Below are positions 1 to 9,804 of a stretch of DNA of 60,921 bases, piece after piece. The notes below the pieces were generated by a model. The model ran no database searches. It worked only from the letters and a program-made list of their open reading frames with translations, and was not told where the DNA came from. Every line of letters begins with the position of its first letter. Position 1 is the first letter of the stretch. The position numbers and the translations under genes were made by a program. Source of the stretch: an uncultured Methanosarcinaceae archaeon (GTDB lineage: Archaea; Halobacteriota; Methanosarcinia; Methanosarcinales; Methanosarcinaceae); NCBI GenBank assembly GCA_963721455.1, contig CAVRJG010000017.1, positions 1 to 60,921 on the forward strand, written 5' to 3'.

Positions 1-186
1 TGCAGCTCCGCACCCGAAGGTCTGGAACTTCACGTCCGCAATCCGATCTCCTTCTACTTTAAGGAATATCTTCATTATATCTCCGCACTTCGCGTTTCCA
101 ACCTCCCCTATTCCGTCACTGTCCTCAATGCTCCCCATATTTCTGGGGTTTGAAAAATGGTCCATTACTTTAACGCTGTAATCCAT
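1..186 (-). CDS. iscU: Fe-S cluster scaffold IscU/NifU (5' part; runs off window start)
   Basis: Manual translation from ATG at 186: MDYSVKVMDHFSNPRNMGSIEDSDGIGEVGNAKCGDIMKIFLKVEGDRIADVKFQTFGCGAA, with the DHFxNPRN, CGD and FxTFGC IscU motifs; lies downstream of iscS. Confidence 0.93.
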   Translation of the reverse strand, partial: MDYSVKVMDHFSNPRNMGSIEDSDGIGEVGNAKCGDIMKIFLKVEGDRIADVKFQTFGCGAA

Positions 187-279
187 AAGATGTCCTCCAA
201 TGCTACTTTTCAATTCTCGGGTTATTTTAAAGAGCTTGTTCTTTACTCAAAATTCGCTGTAATTTCCCGATTTATCATC

Positions 280-1460
280 TCAAATAGTCCTGTATTCCCT
301 GGGAGTTAGCGGGGACATATTTCTGAGCTTTTGCACTATCTCAGGCAGAGCCTCAAGCACCCTGTCCACCTCTTTTTCGGTATTCATCCTTCCAAGACTC
401 AGCCTGAGTGAACCGTGCACTATTTCGTGCGGAACTCCGCAGGCCGTAAGCACATGCGAGGGTTCGAGAGAAGAAGAGTTGCACGCGCTTCCAGTGGATG
501 CAAAAATTCCTTTCGCATTTAACAGAAGCAGGAGAGATTCGCCCTCTATGTATTCAAACGTGACATTCACGTTGTTTGCAAGCCTCTGTGTGGGATGTCC
601 ATTGAGGTGGGTTTTCGGGATTTTTGAGAAGCCCTTCAATCAGGCGCTCTCTCAGCGCAAGCAGGGTTTTATCCGTTTCTCCAATTTCACGTTGCAAGCT
701 CTATTGCTTTTCCAAGGCCCACGATGGCTGGGACATTCTCGGTTCCTGCCCTGCGTTTTCTTTCCTGGGCTCCGCCGTGCAGAAGGGTTTCGATTTTTAT
801 CCCTTTTCTTATGTAGAGTGCCCCGCATCCCTTTGGCCCTTCGAACTTGTGCCCTGAAAGAGATAAAAGGTGGATGCCATTTTTTTGACATCTATAGGGA
901 CATGGCCTATTGCCTGCACCGCATCCGTGTGGAAATATATCCTGTTCTCTCTTGCGATTTTTCCGATTTCTTCTACAGGCTGAATTGTCCCTATTTCATT
1001 GTTCGCAAGCATTATGGAAATGAGTATAGTGTCATCTCTGATCGCGTTTTTCAGTTCCTCAAGGGTCACCATTCCATATTTATCCACAGGCAGGTATGTT
1101 ACCTCAAACCCCTGCCCTTCCAGCCACAAACAGGTGTGCAGGACTGCATGGTGCTCGATAGAAGAGGTGATTATGTGTTTTCCTTTATTCCTGTTTGCAA
1201 AGGCTATCCCCTTTATTGCCCAGTTATCGGATTCGGTACCACCGGATGTGAAATATATTTATTTTCTTCAGCGCCGAGAGCATCTGCAACCTTTTTTCTT
1301 GCTTTGTCTATTGCATGTTTTGAGATTTTTCCGATTTCATAGATAGAAGAAGGGTTTCCGAAATTTTCTGTCAGGTAGGGAATCATCTCTTCGACAACTT
1401 CTTTTCTTGCAGGAGTCAATCAGAGTTGTCCATGTAAATGGTCTTATCTCCAGCTGTCAC
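280..1460 (-). CDS. iscS: Cysteine desulfurase IscS/NifS, split by several frameshifts (probably sequencing errors)
   Basis: Fragments in different frames carry [29 protein letters not shown] and [15 protein letters not shown]; GTG start at 1460 preceded by an AGGTG RBS. Confidence 0.9.
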
Positions 1461-1469
1461 ACTTACACC

Positions 1470-1483
1470 TTCACAATTGTGAA
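1470..1483. promoter_or_regulatory. Perfect 14-bp palindrome TTCACAATTGTGAA, candidate operator
   Basis: Abuts the iscS RBS in the divergent iscS/regulator intergenic region. Confidence 0.4.
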
Positions 1484-1685
1484 TAATCATAACAATCGCG
1501 ACTATTTAAGTTTTATCGTAGAATATATCTGGATAGAATAGATAAATTCTTAAAAGCCTGCCGGTTTTATTGAAGTTACTGCATCCGGATCAAGCTTATT
1601 ATTATTTTTTATAATGATAATAAATATATATGTATATAAGGTATATTCGTTTTCAATTGTAAAATCTCAAAAAGTGATGGTAATT

Positions 1686-2039
1686 ATGGAAACTCCGTGT
1701 CAGAAGATTGTGTGGGATCTGGTTCCTGCAATAAGGGCCAGTCTTGCAATCGAACTTGTAAAAAAAGGACAGTCACAGGCAACGTCGGCAAAGTTGCTGG
1801 GGATTGCCCCGTCGGCAGTTTCCCAGTATATTTCGGGAAAAAGAGGATACAGGATCGAGTTCCAGGGCGAAACGAAAGAATTGATCGAAAAACTTGCTCA
1901 GGACTTAATCGAGAATAAAGTCGATTGGTTTGTAAGGATCTGTAAAATTTGCGTAAGTGCAAGAGGAATTGAGAGCAACTGCAATAGTCGTTGTGGCCCG
2001 GAAAAGTCGGACAGTAACACAGTGGAACCTGAAAAATAA
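1686..2039 (+). CDS. Archaeal HTH transcriptional regulator with Cys-rich C-terminus
   Basis: METPCQKIVWDLVPAIRASLA...SQATSAKLLGIAPSAVSQYISGKRG (Xre-like HTH) followed by ICKIC; ATG at 1686 is preferred over the ORF-track start at 1614. Confidence 0.8.
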   Translation: METPCQKIVWDLVPAIRASLAIELVKKGQSQATSAKLLGIAPSAVSQYISGKRGYRIEFQGETKELIEKLAQDLIENKVDWFVRICKICVSARGIESNCNSRCGPEKSDSNTVEPEK

Positions 2040-2084
2040 AAGCTCATTTTTAATGGTTCCTGTATCGTTTTAGGATTCTTATTA

Positions 2085-3180
2085 TAGTTCCCAACGCAAC
2101 TTATTACACGTATTAACGCTTATATTCTTTTATGGTGGGGAAGGAACAAATTCCTATTGATCGAAATGTAACTCTCGCTGAGATCAACGTTTCAATCAAA
2201 CACGAAGACAATTCAAGAGTACTGAAAAGGCTCGATTTTGTTAAATTTAGATATTTGGGAGACTCTGTCGAAGAAGATGGTACTAAAGTTGGAGTGACTA
2301 AGAAAACGGGATTATTACTGGCAGGATTATTGGAATAAAGGCGGCTATGCCGCCTTAATACCAAATTTTAGTGGGGGAAGAAAGTCCAAGCTTTCCGATG
2401 AGCAAATAAAAGAATTAAAGACTTTATTAGAAAAAAAAGATTACTGGACTACAAGAGAAGTTCTGGAGCAAATAAAGGAAAAATATGTTATAGATTATTC
2501 ACAGAAGCAAATCGGAGTTATACTGCATCGATTTAACATGTATCACTCAAAACCATATACTCTTGACTACAGAAAGCCTGAAAACGCCGAAGAAATTTTA
2601 AAAAAGTTAACAGAAGCAATTCCAGCATATATTGGTCCAGATGAGCACTATATCATAGGTTTTCTCGATAATCTTCACCACAAACAAAGGCAAATACGCA
2701 ACGATTATGGTCATTTAAAAAAACATTTGATGGTAAAAAATACGGATTATATAAAAGCAAATGCATTTGCGTTTTATTCAATTAACGGTAGCAATTTCAT
2801 CGATTTTATGGAAAGTTCAAAAACAGAAAATGTATATGAATTCCTGATAAAAATTGTCGAACAAAATCCAGGGAAAAGAATAATTATTTTTCTGGATAAT
2901 TCAAAGTCACATCATGCTGATAAAACGATAAGAAAGCCAGAGAGTTAAAAATAACACTTGTGTTTCTTCCTCCTTATTTACCAGATCTAAACCCTGTAGA
3001 ATTTGTATGGAAAACGATAAAGAGAGAAATATCTGTCAGATTTATTCAATCAAAAGAACATTTGAGAAATATTATCAAAAATGAATTTATGAAAGTGGAA
3101 AAGTCATTATCATTTGCAAAGAATTGGACGGAAACATTTAATTCACAAATAAAATGTGTAATTTGCTGAGTCATGAACTA
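2085..3180 (+). mobile_element. IS630-family insertion sequence, transposase frameshifted/degenerate
   Basis: Ends TAGTTC...GAACTA, each flanked by TA (2083-2084, 3181-3182); ORF pieces 2132-3169 carry an HTH and the DDE motifs FLDN..SH and LPPYLPDLNPVEFVW. Confidence 0.88.
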
Positions 3181-3183
3181 TAG

Positions 3184-3208
3184 TACGAGGGTTGGGATTT
3201 GAACCCAC
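3184..3208 (-). other. 3' fragment of a tRNA-Leu-like gene (possible att scar)
   Basis: Reverse complement GTGGGTTCAAATCCCAACCCTCGTA is a T-arm plus acceptor-stem 3' strand; no D arm or anticodon arm adjacent. Confidence 0.55.
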
Positions 3209-3526
3209 TAATAGATTCATAAACGGATCGCTTGTATATCCTGATTCTGAGGACCAAAGGAAAGCAGTAATATCCACCCTGCGGATGATCTCTTTAATTA
3301 TAAGTGCAGAGAAAAAACAATACATTCCCTTAACCCCTACATATGGAAATATTTGCCTCAACAATGTTTATATGTGGGAAGGAATTACAGTACAGATTGA
3401 TTTTTCCAGACGCTTTATCTTACTGATAAAATCACTTAATATATCGTGACATGCAGAGACATGACACTCATGCATTAAAATTTATAACCTGAAAACGGTT
3501 TCACAAATCAAAAGAAGGTTCTTTTA

Positions 3527-4828
3527 ATGAAATACTGGCAGCCGAAATATGAAACAATGGATCCCGAAGAACTGAAGAGACTGCAGCTGAAACGCCTGCA
3601 ACACAGTGCAAAGCTGGTCTATGACAACGTTCCCTTTTACAGGCAGAAGTTCAAAGAGGCTGGAGTAACTCCCGAAGATATAAAAACCCTCGAAGATGTC
3701 CGTAAATTGCCTTTCACGAGGAAAACAGACCTCCGGGACAATTATCCTTTCGGGCTTTTTGCTGCCAAAAAAGAAGATATAGTGCGCATCCACGCATCCT
3801 CCGGGACAAGCGGAAAACCCACGGTTGTCGGGTACACTGCAAAGGACATTGAGACATGGTCGGACATGATTGCCCGAAGCCTTACAATGATAGGGCTTTC
3901 AAAAGGCGACACTATTCAGAACTCCATGAATTATGGGCTCTTTACAGGAGGTCTGGGTTTCCACTACGGCGTCGAAAGAATGGGCTCTATGGTCGTGCCT
4001 GCAGCAACAGGAAATACTGCCAGGCAGCTTGAGATGATGATCGACTTCGGGGTAACCGCAGTCCACTGCACTCCTTCCTACGCTTTCTACCTTGCCGAAA
4101 CTGCCGAAGAACTGGATCTTATAGACAAGCTTTCCTTAAAAGCAGCTATCTTCGGAGGGGAACCCTGGTCGGAAAACACGCGGAAACAGCTTGAAAAAAG
4201 GCTTAATGTCAAAGCCTACGACTGCTACGGCCTTTCAGAGATGTTCGGACCCGGTATTGGTTTCGAGTGCCAGGAACAGGACGGCCTCCACATCTGGAGC
4301 GACAATTTAATTGTAGAAGTCCTGGACGAAAACGGGGAACAGGTCTCAGAAGGCGAAAAAGGTGAACTTGTCCTTACCTCCATCAACAAAGAAGGCTTCT
4401 GCAACATAAGATACCGCACAGGCGACATGACAAAACTTCTTGAGTCCGAATGCGACTGCGGCAGGACAACCACAAGAATCTCCCGCCTCCTCGGCAGAGC
4501 CGACGACATGATGATCGTAAGAGGCATCAATGTCTTCCCTTCCCAGATCCAGGACGTAATCTCAAGGATCCCCGAGGTGGGCGAACACTTCCAGCTTATC
4601 CTTGACCGCAACAAACACATGCTCGACGAACTCACAATCGAAGTAGAACTTGAAGAAAACGCCTTTACAGGCGACCTTAAAGACCTCAAAGCCGTCCAGA
4701 ACCACGTCCAGCACGAACTCAAAGCCGTCCTGAATATCCGCACAAATGTCGAACTCCTTGAAAAAGGCAGCATCGAGAGGACCGCAGGAAAGGCAAAGAG
4801 GATCATTGACAGGCGGCCGCAGATCTAA
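3527..4828 (+). CDS. paaK: Phenylacetate--CoA ligase family protein
   Basis: IHASSGTSGKPT, GLFTGGLG, YGLSE, RYRTGD and GRADDMMIVRGINVFPSQI motifs. Confidence 0.92.
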   Translation: MKYWQPKYETMDPEELKRLQLKRLQHSAKLVYDNVPFYRQKFKEAGVTPEDIKTLEDVRKLPFTRKTDLRDNYPFGLFAAKKEDIVRIHASSGTSGKPTVVGYTAKDIETWSDMIARSLTMIGLSKGDTIQNSMNYGLFTGGLGFHYGVERMGSMVVPAATGNTARQLEMMIDFGVTAVHCTPSYAFYLAETAEELDLIDKLSLKAAIFGGEPWSENTRKQLEKRLNVKAYDCYGLSEMFGPGIGFECQEQDGLHIWSDNLIVEVLDENGEQVSEGEKGELVLTSINKEGFCNIRYRTGDMTKLLESECDCGRTTTRISRLLGRADDMMIVRGINVFPSQIQDVISRIPEVGEHFQLILDRNKHMLDELTIEVELEENAFTGDLKDLKAVQNHVQHELKAVLNIRTNVELLEKGSIERTAGKAKRIIDRRPQI

Positions 4829-5089
4829 AGTTATTGGCTCGAAATTTTCTCTTTTTAAATACTTAAAACTGGGAACTTTTGTGCAGTTTCCAGTAACTTT
4901 TTTATTCCAATCCATTAAAAGGAGAAAAGTTTAGACACTCCTTATACGGCAAACTGTTCTATAAATTCATAGACTATTTTGTACAGGCATATTGATGAAA
5001 CTGGAATCATCCCACCACTCAAAAATAGAAGAGATAATCACTCTTCTTGAACTGTCAAATGATTGTACTATTGCATTTGTTAACTGTAA

Positions 5090-6684
5090 CCTAAGTTTGA
5101 CAGTATCTACTAATTCATAGTGAAAATCGATCCTATTTTTAGCTTAAATGGATTTGACAAAACTTATGAATATATAAAATTTTATTATATATTCTACGGA
5201 ATCGTCCCCATTTTTGTTACAATTAAGCTATTGATCTTATCAAAATTAGCAAAAATATACTTTTTGACCCCATTTTTCAGGAATTTTATTGTAAGTGTCA
5301 AATTCATCAAGCTTTTTTTGATGAATTTTGTGGACCTATGTTTAATCTCCTTGAATTCATATCGCATTAGCGATATGAATAACTGAGCAATAAATCCCAG
5401 TAGAATAGCTCCATAAATGCTATCGTCTGACCACACTCTCAATGGCTTAATCTGAATTTCGTTTTTTAACGAGTTGAATATTTTCTCAATAGAATCCTTT
5501 TCTCGATATGTTTCCAATGCTTTCTCAAGTGTCAAATCTTTGTTCGATTTGAGACAAAAAAATCCTTCTCTTCCATTAATTATCGAACTTTTTAGGAGTT
5601 CTATTGCTTCCTCATCACTAAGCTCTTCGAGCTTAGTCCTGAAAGAGTAATCAATTTCAATCAACTCATTGTTGACTCTGAATTTTTTGGGAAGCTTTTT
5701 ATTCTTTACGATTACTTCCTGGATCTCTTTCGCTTCTTGTAACTTCTTTAGAACAGTTCTTGCTTTAGATTCCAGCTGTTTCTTCTGTAAAGATTCAGAG
5801 TAATAAAAATACTTGATGCTACTTGGCTTGACGATTTTTATCCCATATATACTTTTTTCGGAATCTACCAGTTCAGCTGTTTTTGGATCGAAATTCTCAA
5901 TAATTTTTTCGTCACTTGTATTCAGTTTCATGGAAGTGAGATACTTCATCTCATCTTCTTGTATCAACTTAATATTGTCTGCTGTATTAGCCCCTTTATC
6001 AAAAACAATAAGAGAACCTTCTTTAAGTTTACTTTTTACCTGATTATAAGTATCGGGAAAATGCTGCAGATCAAGAACGTTTCCTCTATTCACTGTAATT
6101 CCAGTAGGTATGTTTATGGGTTTTTTGAGTTCACTAACTCCAACTGTTATCTGTAGCTTATCAGGTCTATGATCTCTACTGTATCCATACTTGCCAAGTT
6201 TGGATTTAGTGCCGTGAAGAACTATACTTGTCCAGTCAAGGTTTATATCCGTCTCTTCAAAATCATAAATCGAAAACAGACTGTTTAGAATATCCGAGAG
6301 GATTTCTTCTTTGTTACGCCCCAGGATTTCAAGGGTTCTGTAAAGAACTCTTTCATGGAATCTTTCAAGGTTTAAGATGTCGAGAATTTCTTCCTGATTT
6401 AACCATTTGCCAGCTTCCTTGATGCTGAAATTATCGGTGAGCTTATAGCTTATCAATCCTACCAATAAACTATTGAGATCAAGACCCTTGCTTTTATGCT
6501 TGCCAAAAATATCACAAAAATGAAGCTTTTCATAGTAAGATTGGACAGCAAGAATTGATCCTATAGGAACACATATATTCTTGTTCGGAATTGTAGGAAA
6601 TGCTCTCTGTTTTGTGTTTAGATTCATTTGACCGAATAACACAAAACAAAGAGCACTTATTTTTATCTAACTGTCAAAGTCAGG
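5090..6684 (-). mobile_element. IS1634-family insertion sequence
   Basis: Imperfect TIRs CCTAAGTTTGACAGT (5090) and ACTGTCAAAGTCAGG (6670-6684); intact transposase inside; no target-site duplication visible. Confidence 0.88.
5194..6627 (-). CDS. IS1634-family DDE transposase
   Basis: NLDWTS, GYSRDHRPDKLQI, VFDKG and YREKDSIEKIF..LK motifs; ATG at 6627. Confidence 0.9.
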   Translation of the reverse strand: MNLNTKQRAFPTIPNKNICVPIGSILAVQSYYEKLHFCDIFGKHKSKGLDLNSLLVGLISYKLTDNFSIKEAGKWLNQEEILDILNLERFHERVLYRTLEILGRNKEEILSDILNSLFSIYDFEETDINLDWTSIVLHGTKSKLGKYGYSRDHRPDKLQITVGVSELKKPINIPTGITVNRGNVLDLQHFPDTYNQVKSKLKEGSLIVFDKGANTADNIKLIQEDEMKYLTSMKLNTSDEKIIENFDPKTAELVDSEKSIYGIKIVKPSSIKYFYYSESLQKKQLESKARTVLKKLQEAKEIQEVIVKNKKLPKKFRVNNELIEIDYSFRTKLEELSDEEAIELLKSSIINGREGFFCLKSNKDLTLEKALETYREKDSIEKIFNSLKNEIQIKPLRVWSDDSIYGAILLGFIAQLFISLMRYEFKEIKHRSTKFIKKSLMNLTLTIKFLKNGVKKYIFANFDKINSLIVTKMGTIP

Positions 6685-8378
6685 GTATTATTCTCTGCTT
6701 TTTGATCATCCTCGGAGATTATAGCAAACTCTAAACTATTTATGGATGTATTTTCAATCACTGCATTCAAAGATTCAAGAATTTCAGACGTATTGCTCGA
6801 GGAATTGTTCTCTCCTTCATTTCCTGTTGAATGGGTATAACATATGAATAAATAAGACATAAGAATAATCATAACCAGCGCGACAGCGCAAAAAACTGTT
6901 TTGATATTCCTGTTTCGTTTCCTTTTTTTCATCCTTTTTTTTGAATCCAGGTAATCTGAACTCTGGATTCTATCCAGATTTTCCGCTTCTTCTTCTCTTA
7001 ACTTTGAAATAAAGTCATTATTGCCTTTTAGCTCAACCAGGTCTTCTATCAGAGTTTTGAGAAGAATTTTTCCCTCGGTTTTTGGCTTTGAAGGCGCTTC
7101 GCTGGCAATAAATTTTACAAAATTAATCTTGTCTGAATATTCTAAGAGTTTTAGTGCTTTTTTAACTCCTTTCTCAAAAGAGTTATACTTAGAATCTCTT
7201 CTAGAATTCTGTGCCCACTCGTTATCTAAATGGTTTAGAGGTAAATTCTCCCGTGAAGTCTTATTAAAGAGCAAATTGAACAAATCTTTGTTATGTTCTT
7301 TATGCATAGTTAGTACAAGATCCGCAATGAGGTCTTCAATATATATATTCCCCGAGAGTAATATTTTATAAAGATCTTTCCTGCATTCTGACGATTCAAT
7401 TTTGCTATAGATATTTATGAGAACTTTTCTAATATTGGGATCGTTTACATCAGTGGCTTTTTGCACCAATCCCTGAAATATTTCAACTTTCTCCAGATCA
7501 TCAAAGTTGTCTAAAATAGAATTAGGAGAACTGCAATAATAGAATGGGTCACTTAAGATTTTTTTCACAATAAGGCTTACGGAATCTGACCTGGTTTTAC
7601 TTCCTTTTGAATAAGAAGTTTTACCTTTAAAGAGTTCTTCACCCAACTCTTTATAAAAATTCCAGGATCCCGATTTAGTAAATTTTCGGAACGTTCCGTT
7701 TTCTCCGAGCTCAAAATCCGGGTTTGGTTTGATGAAACTAACAGAAACGTCAGCTTCTGAAGGATATTGAGAAATATCAAAAATATATGTAAATCTGTGC
7801 CTTAATATGGTAATTAATTTAAGGATAAGGGAAAGTCCACTACTGAGTTCTGAAATCTTGACAGATACTTTTTTGCGAGAACGAATCTTGCCTGCTGTGT
7901 ATTCCAAAACTTCTTTTTCTATAGGGGTCTCGCTAATATTTTTAAAGTCCCCTTCCTCCCAAAATCCAACTAGCTTATATTTCTTCACGTCGAGATTTTC
8001 TACCTCAAATTTAACCCTCTCATAGAACTGCTTTAATAACTGAATATCAGAAACAATCTCATCCTGTAATGATAAATTTTTGTAGACCTGGATAAATACG
8101 ACTCTTTCTTCTCTTCCATTATCAGCCTTTACACTCAAACTGCACCCAAATATGAGTTCATTCTCTTTTGATTCCAGATAAAGTGCACTTCTTTTTGTAT
8201 CAAGCTGCGTTGCCAGTTCAGTGTATTGTTCAAAAAGTGTACTGCCTTTTAATAGCTGGCCCGTTGAATTATATATTCCATAATCTGAGTTATGGCTGGT
8301 ATTGGAGAGGTGGAAAAAAGCAAAGCTCTCTGGATTTTTATCACGATGATTAGAAGCTGAATTTCCCAATTTCTCCAA
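6663..8378 (-). CDS. Large single-pass membrane protein of unknown function; C-terminus truncated by IS1634
   Basis: 571-aa ORF with a TTG start overlapping the upstream GTPase gene; basic stretch KKRMKKRKRNRNIK, then hydrophobic TVFCAVALVMIILMSYLFICY; last residues LTLTVR are read from the IS end. Confidence 0.75.
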   Translation of the reverse strand: MEKLGNSASNHRDKNPESFAFFHLSNTSHNSDYGIYNSTGQLLKGSTLFEQYTELATQLDTKRSALYLESKENELIFGCSLSVKADNGREERVVFIQVYKNLSLQDEIVSDIQLLKQFYERVKFEVENLDVKKYKLVGFWEEGDFKNISETPIEKEVLEYTAGKIRSRKKVSVKISELSSGLSLILKLITILRHRFTYIFDISQYPSEADVSVSFIKPNPDFELGENGTFRKFTKSGSWNFYKELGEELFKGKTSYSKGSKTRSDSVSLIVKKILSDPFYYCSSPNSILDNFDDLEKVEIFQGLVQKATDVNDPNIRKVLINIYSKIESSECRKDLYKILLSGNIYIEDLIADLVLTMHKEHNKDLFNLLFNKTSRENLPLNHLDNEWAQNSRRDSKYNSFEKGVKKALKLLEYSDKINFVKFIASEAPSKPKTEGKILLKTLIEDLVELKGNNDFISKLREEEAENLDRIQSSDYLDSKKRMKKRKRNRNIKTVFCAVALVMIILMSYLFICYTHSTGNEGENNSSSNTSEILESLNAVIENTSINSLEFAIISEDDQKAENNTLTLTVR

Positions 8379-9804
8379 CCCTCCATGGATTTATTTTTGG
8401 ATATTCCCGCTGAATTTCCGGATTCTCACTTTCTATTGTGAGAGGTTTCATGGTTGCATCCACACTGACCGTGTACATGTAGATCGGCATTTGATATGCC
8501 ATATTTACAATTTCCTTGAATGTGGTAATCTCGCAGAACAGATCATATATTTCATGCTCTATATCCCTGGCTTCTTTTGAATCCTCTATAATCTTGGAAA
8601 GATCCTTAAACATGTCAGTCTTGGTCACCACAATCGCATACGATTTCTCATTCCCGAATATATTGATGATATTTGAGTAGTGACCGAAGAGTTGTGTCAA
8701 ATTTGTTTTGCCGCCATTATGGTAGTCAACGATATGATCTCCGTCTACTAGGAAAATGATTTTCCCTGCACTTTCAAATCTGTTATATATATGGGCAAAG
8801 GTGACTTTCTCTACAGTCTCTGCAAATTCATTTTTATGATTATCTCGCAGGTTTTTTATAAAATCTATATTTCCCATATTCTGTTCCAGTGTGGGAACGT
8901 CTATATTGAAACGTTTGTTGAGTTCTTCAATTATTGTCCCATATTGCGTGGGATCAAAATTTTTTGTATGTTCTCCCCCGTAGTCGACAAATGTCATTCC
9001 TACAGGTTTAACTCCTTTTTTGCCTGATAACAAATATATTGCAAGATCTGTCTGGAGGTTGCTTCTTGGAAGTTCTCCCTTCTCTATATCTGCAAGCATA
9101 TTTTCAATCTTTAAACTTTCTTTGTTTTTTTCCGACACGATAATTTCTTTTCTCTGACCCCCCAGAACAGTTACAAACTGATTGTAGAATGCAAGCAGTA
9201 ACAATGTTTTTCCGGATCTTGAAGGCCCATACACAAATACATCATAAGCCCTTATACCGCGAATGGTCTTCGTCAGAAGGAAAGAAAATGTAAATAAAGT
9301 TCCTATCAAAATCATAAATTCAAAAATCTCGTTTGAACCACTTGACATGAACTCCGGTTCTTGAGAAAACCACATAATCTCAATCAAAGCCAGGATTAGA
9401 TACAATGAGGTAAATACAACAAAAATCAGGATGAATCGACGTAAATACATTGCAAGCCTGTCAAAGCGATTATTATAATAGGAATAAAAGCTTAAGCACC
9501 CACCTTCCAACATTCCAAGCACAAATCCGTCAATACGTAAAAACCCGCTTACGTAAAAGACGTACATAAACGGCAAGAACACTGCAAGTAAGAAAATTCC
9601 CCCGATTCTGGAGCGAAACTCGAGAATCATCCCAATTGCACTTGAAATAAATGATGCGACGAAAAAGCTGAAAGTGAGTTTTATGTACCATCCTGTATCT
9701 GATAGCCAGTAGGGCATACTCATATGTAAAAAAATAAGGGAAAGGAGAACCCCCAATAAAACCAGAATGATTTCAAAAATCGTATGAGTCCTACTTATTT
9801 TCAA
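8350..9804 (-). CDS. Multi-TM membrane-bound P-loop GTPase (TRAFAC-like)
   Basis: About 5-6 hydrophobic helices in the first ~180 aa, then G1 GPSRSGKT, G3 DYGG and G4 TKTD. Confidence 0.8.
   Translation of the reverse strand: MKISRTHTIFEIILVLLGVLLSLIFLHMSMPYWLSDTGWYIKLTFSFFVASFISSAIGMILEFRSRIGGIFLLAVFLPFMYVFYVSGFLRIDGFVLGMLEGGCLSFYSYYNNRFDRLAMYLRRFILIFVVFTSLYLILALIEIMWFSQEPEFMSSGSNEIFEFMILIGTLFTFSFLLTKTIRGIRAYDVFVYGPSRSGKTLLLLAFYNQFVTVLGGQRKEIIVSEKNKESLKIENMLADIEKGELPRSNLQTDLAIYLLSGKKGVKPVGMTFVDYGGEHTKNFDPTQYGTIIEELNKRFNIDVPTLEQNMGNIDFIKNLRDNHKNEFAETVEKVTFAHIYNRFESAGKIIFLVDGDHIVDYHNGGKTNLTQLFGHYSNIINIFGNEKSYAIVVTKTDMFKDLSKIIEDSKEARDIEHEIYDLFCEITTFKEIVNMAYQMPIYMYTVSVDATMKPLTIESENPEIQREYPKINPWRVGEIGKFSF

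Noticed and set aside
479-1342. 287-aa plus-strand ORF
   Set aside because: Antisense shadow of iscS; no motifs of its own
3192-3449. 85-aa ORF starting MGFEPT
   Set aside because: Start is the reverse reading of a tRNA T-arm fragment, a typical spurious ORF
9791-9793. TAG stop of the tubulin-like gene as possible pyrrolysine readthrough
   Set aside because: Readthrough hits TGA after five codons and lies within the next gene; no fusion results
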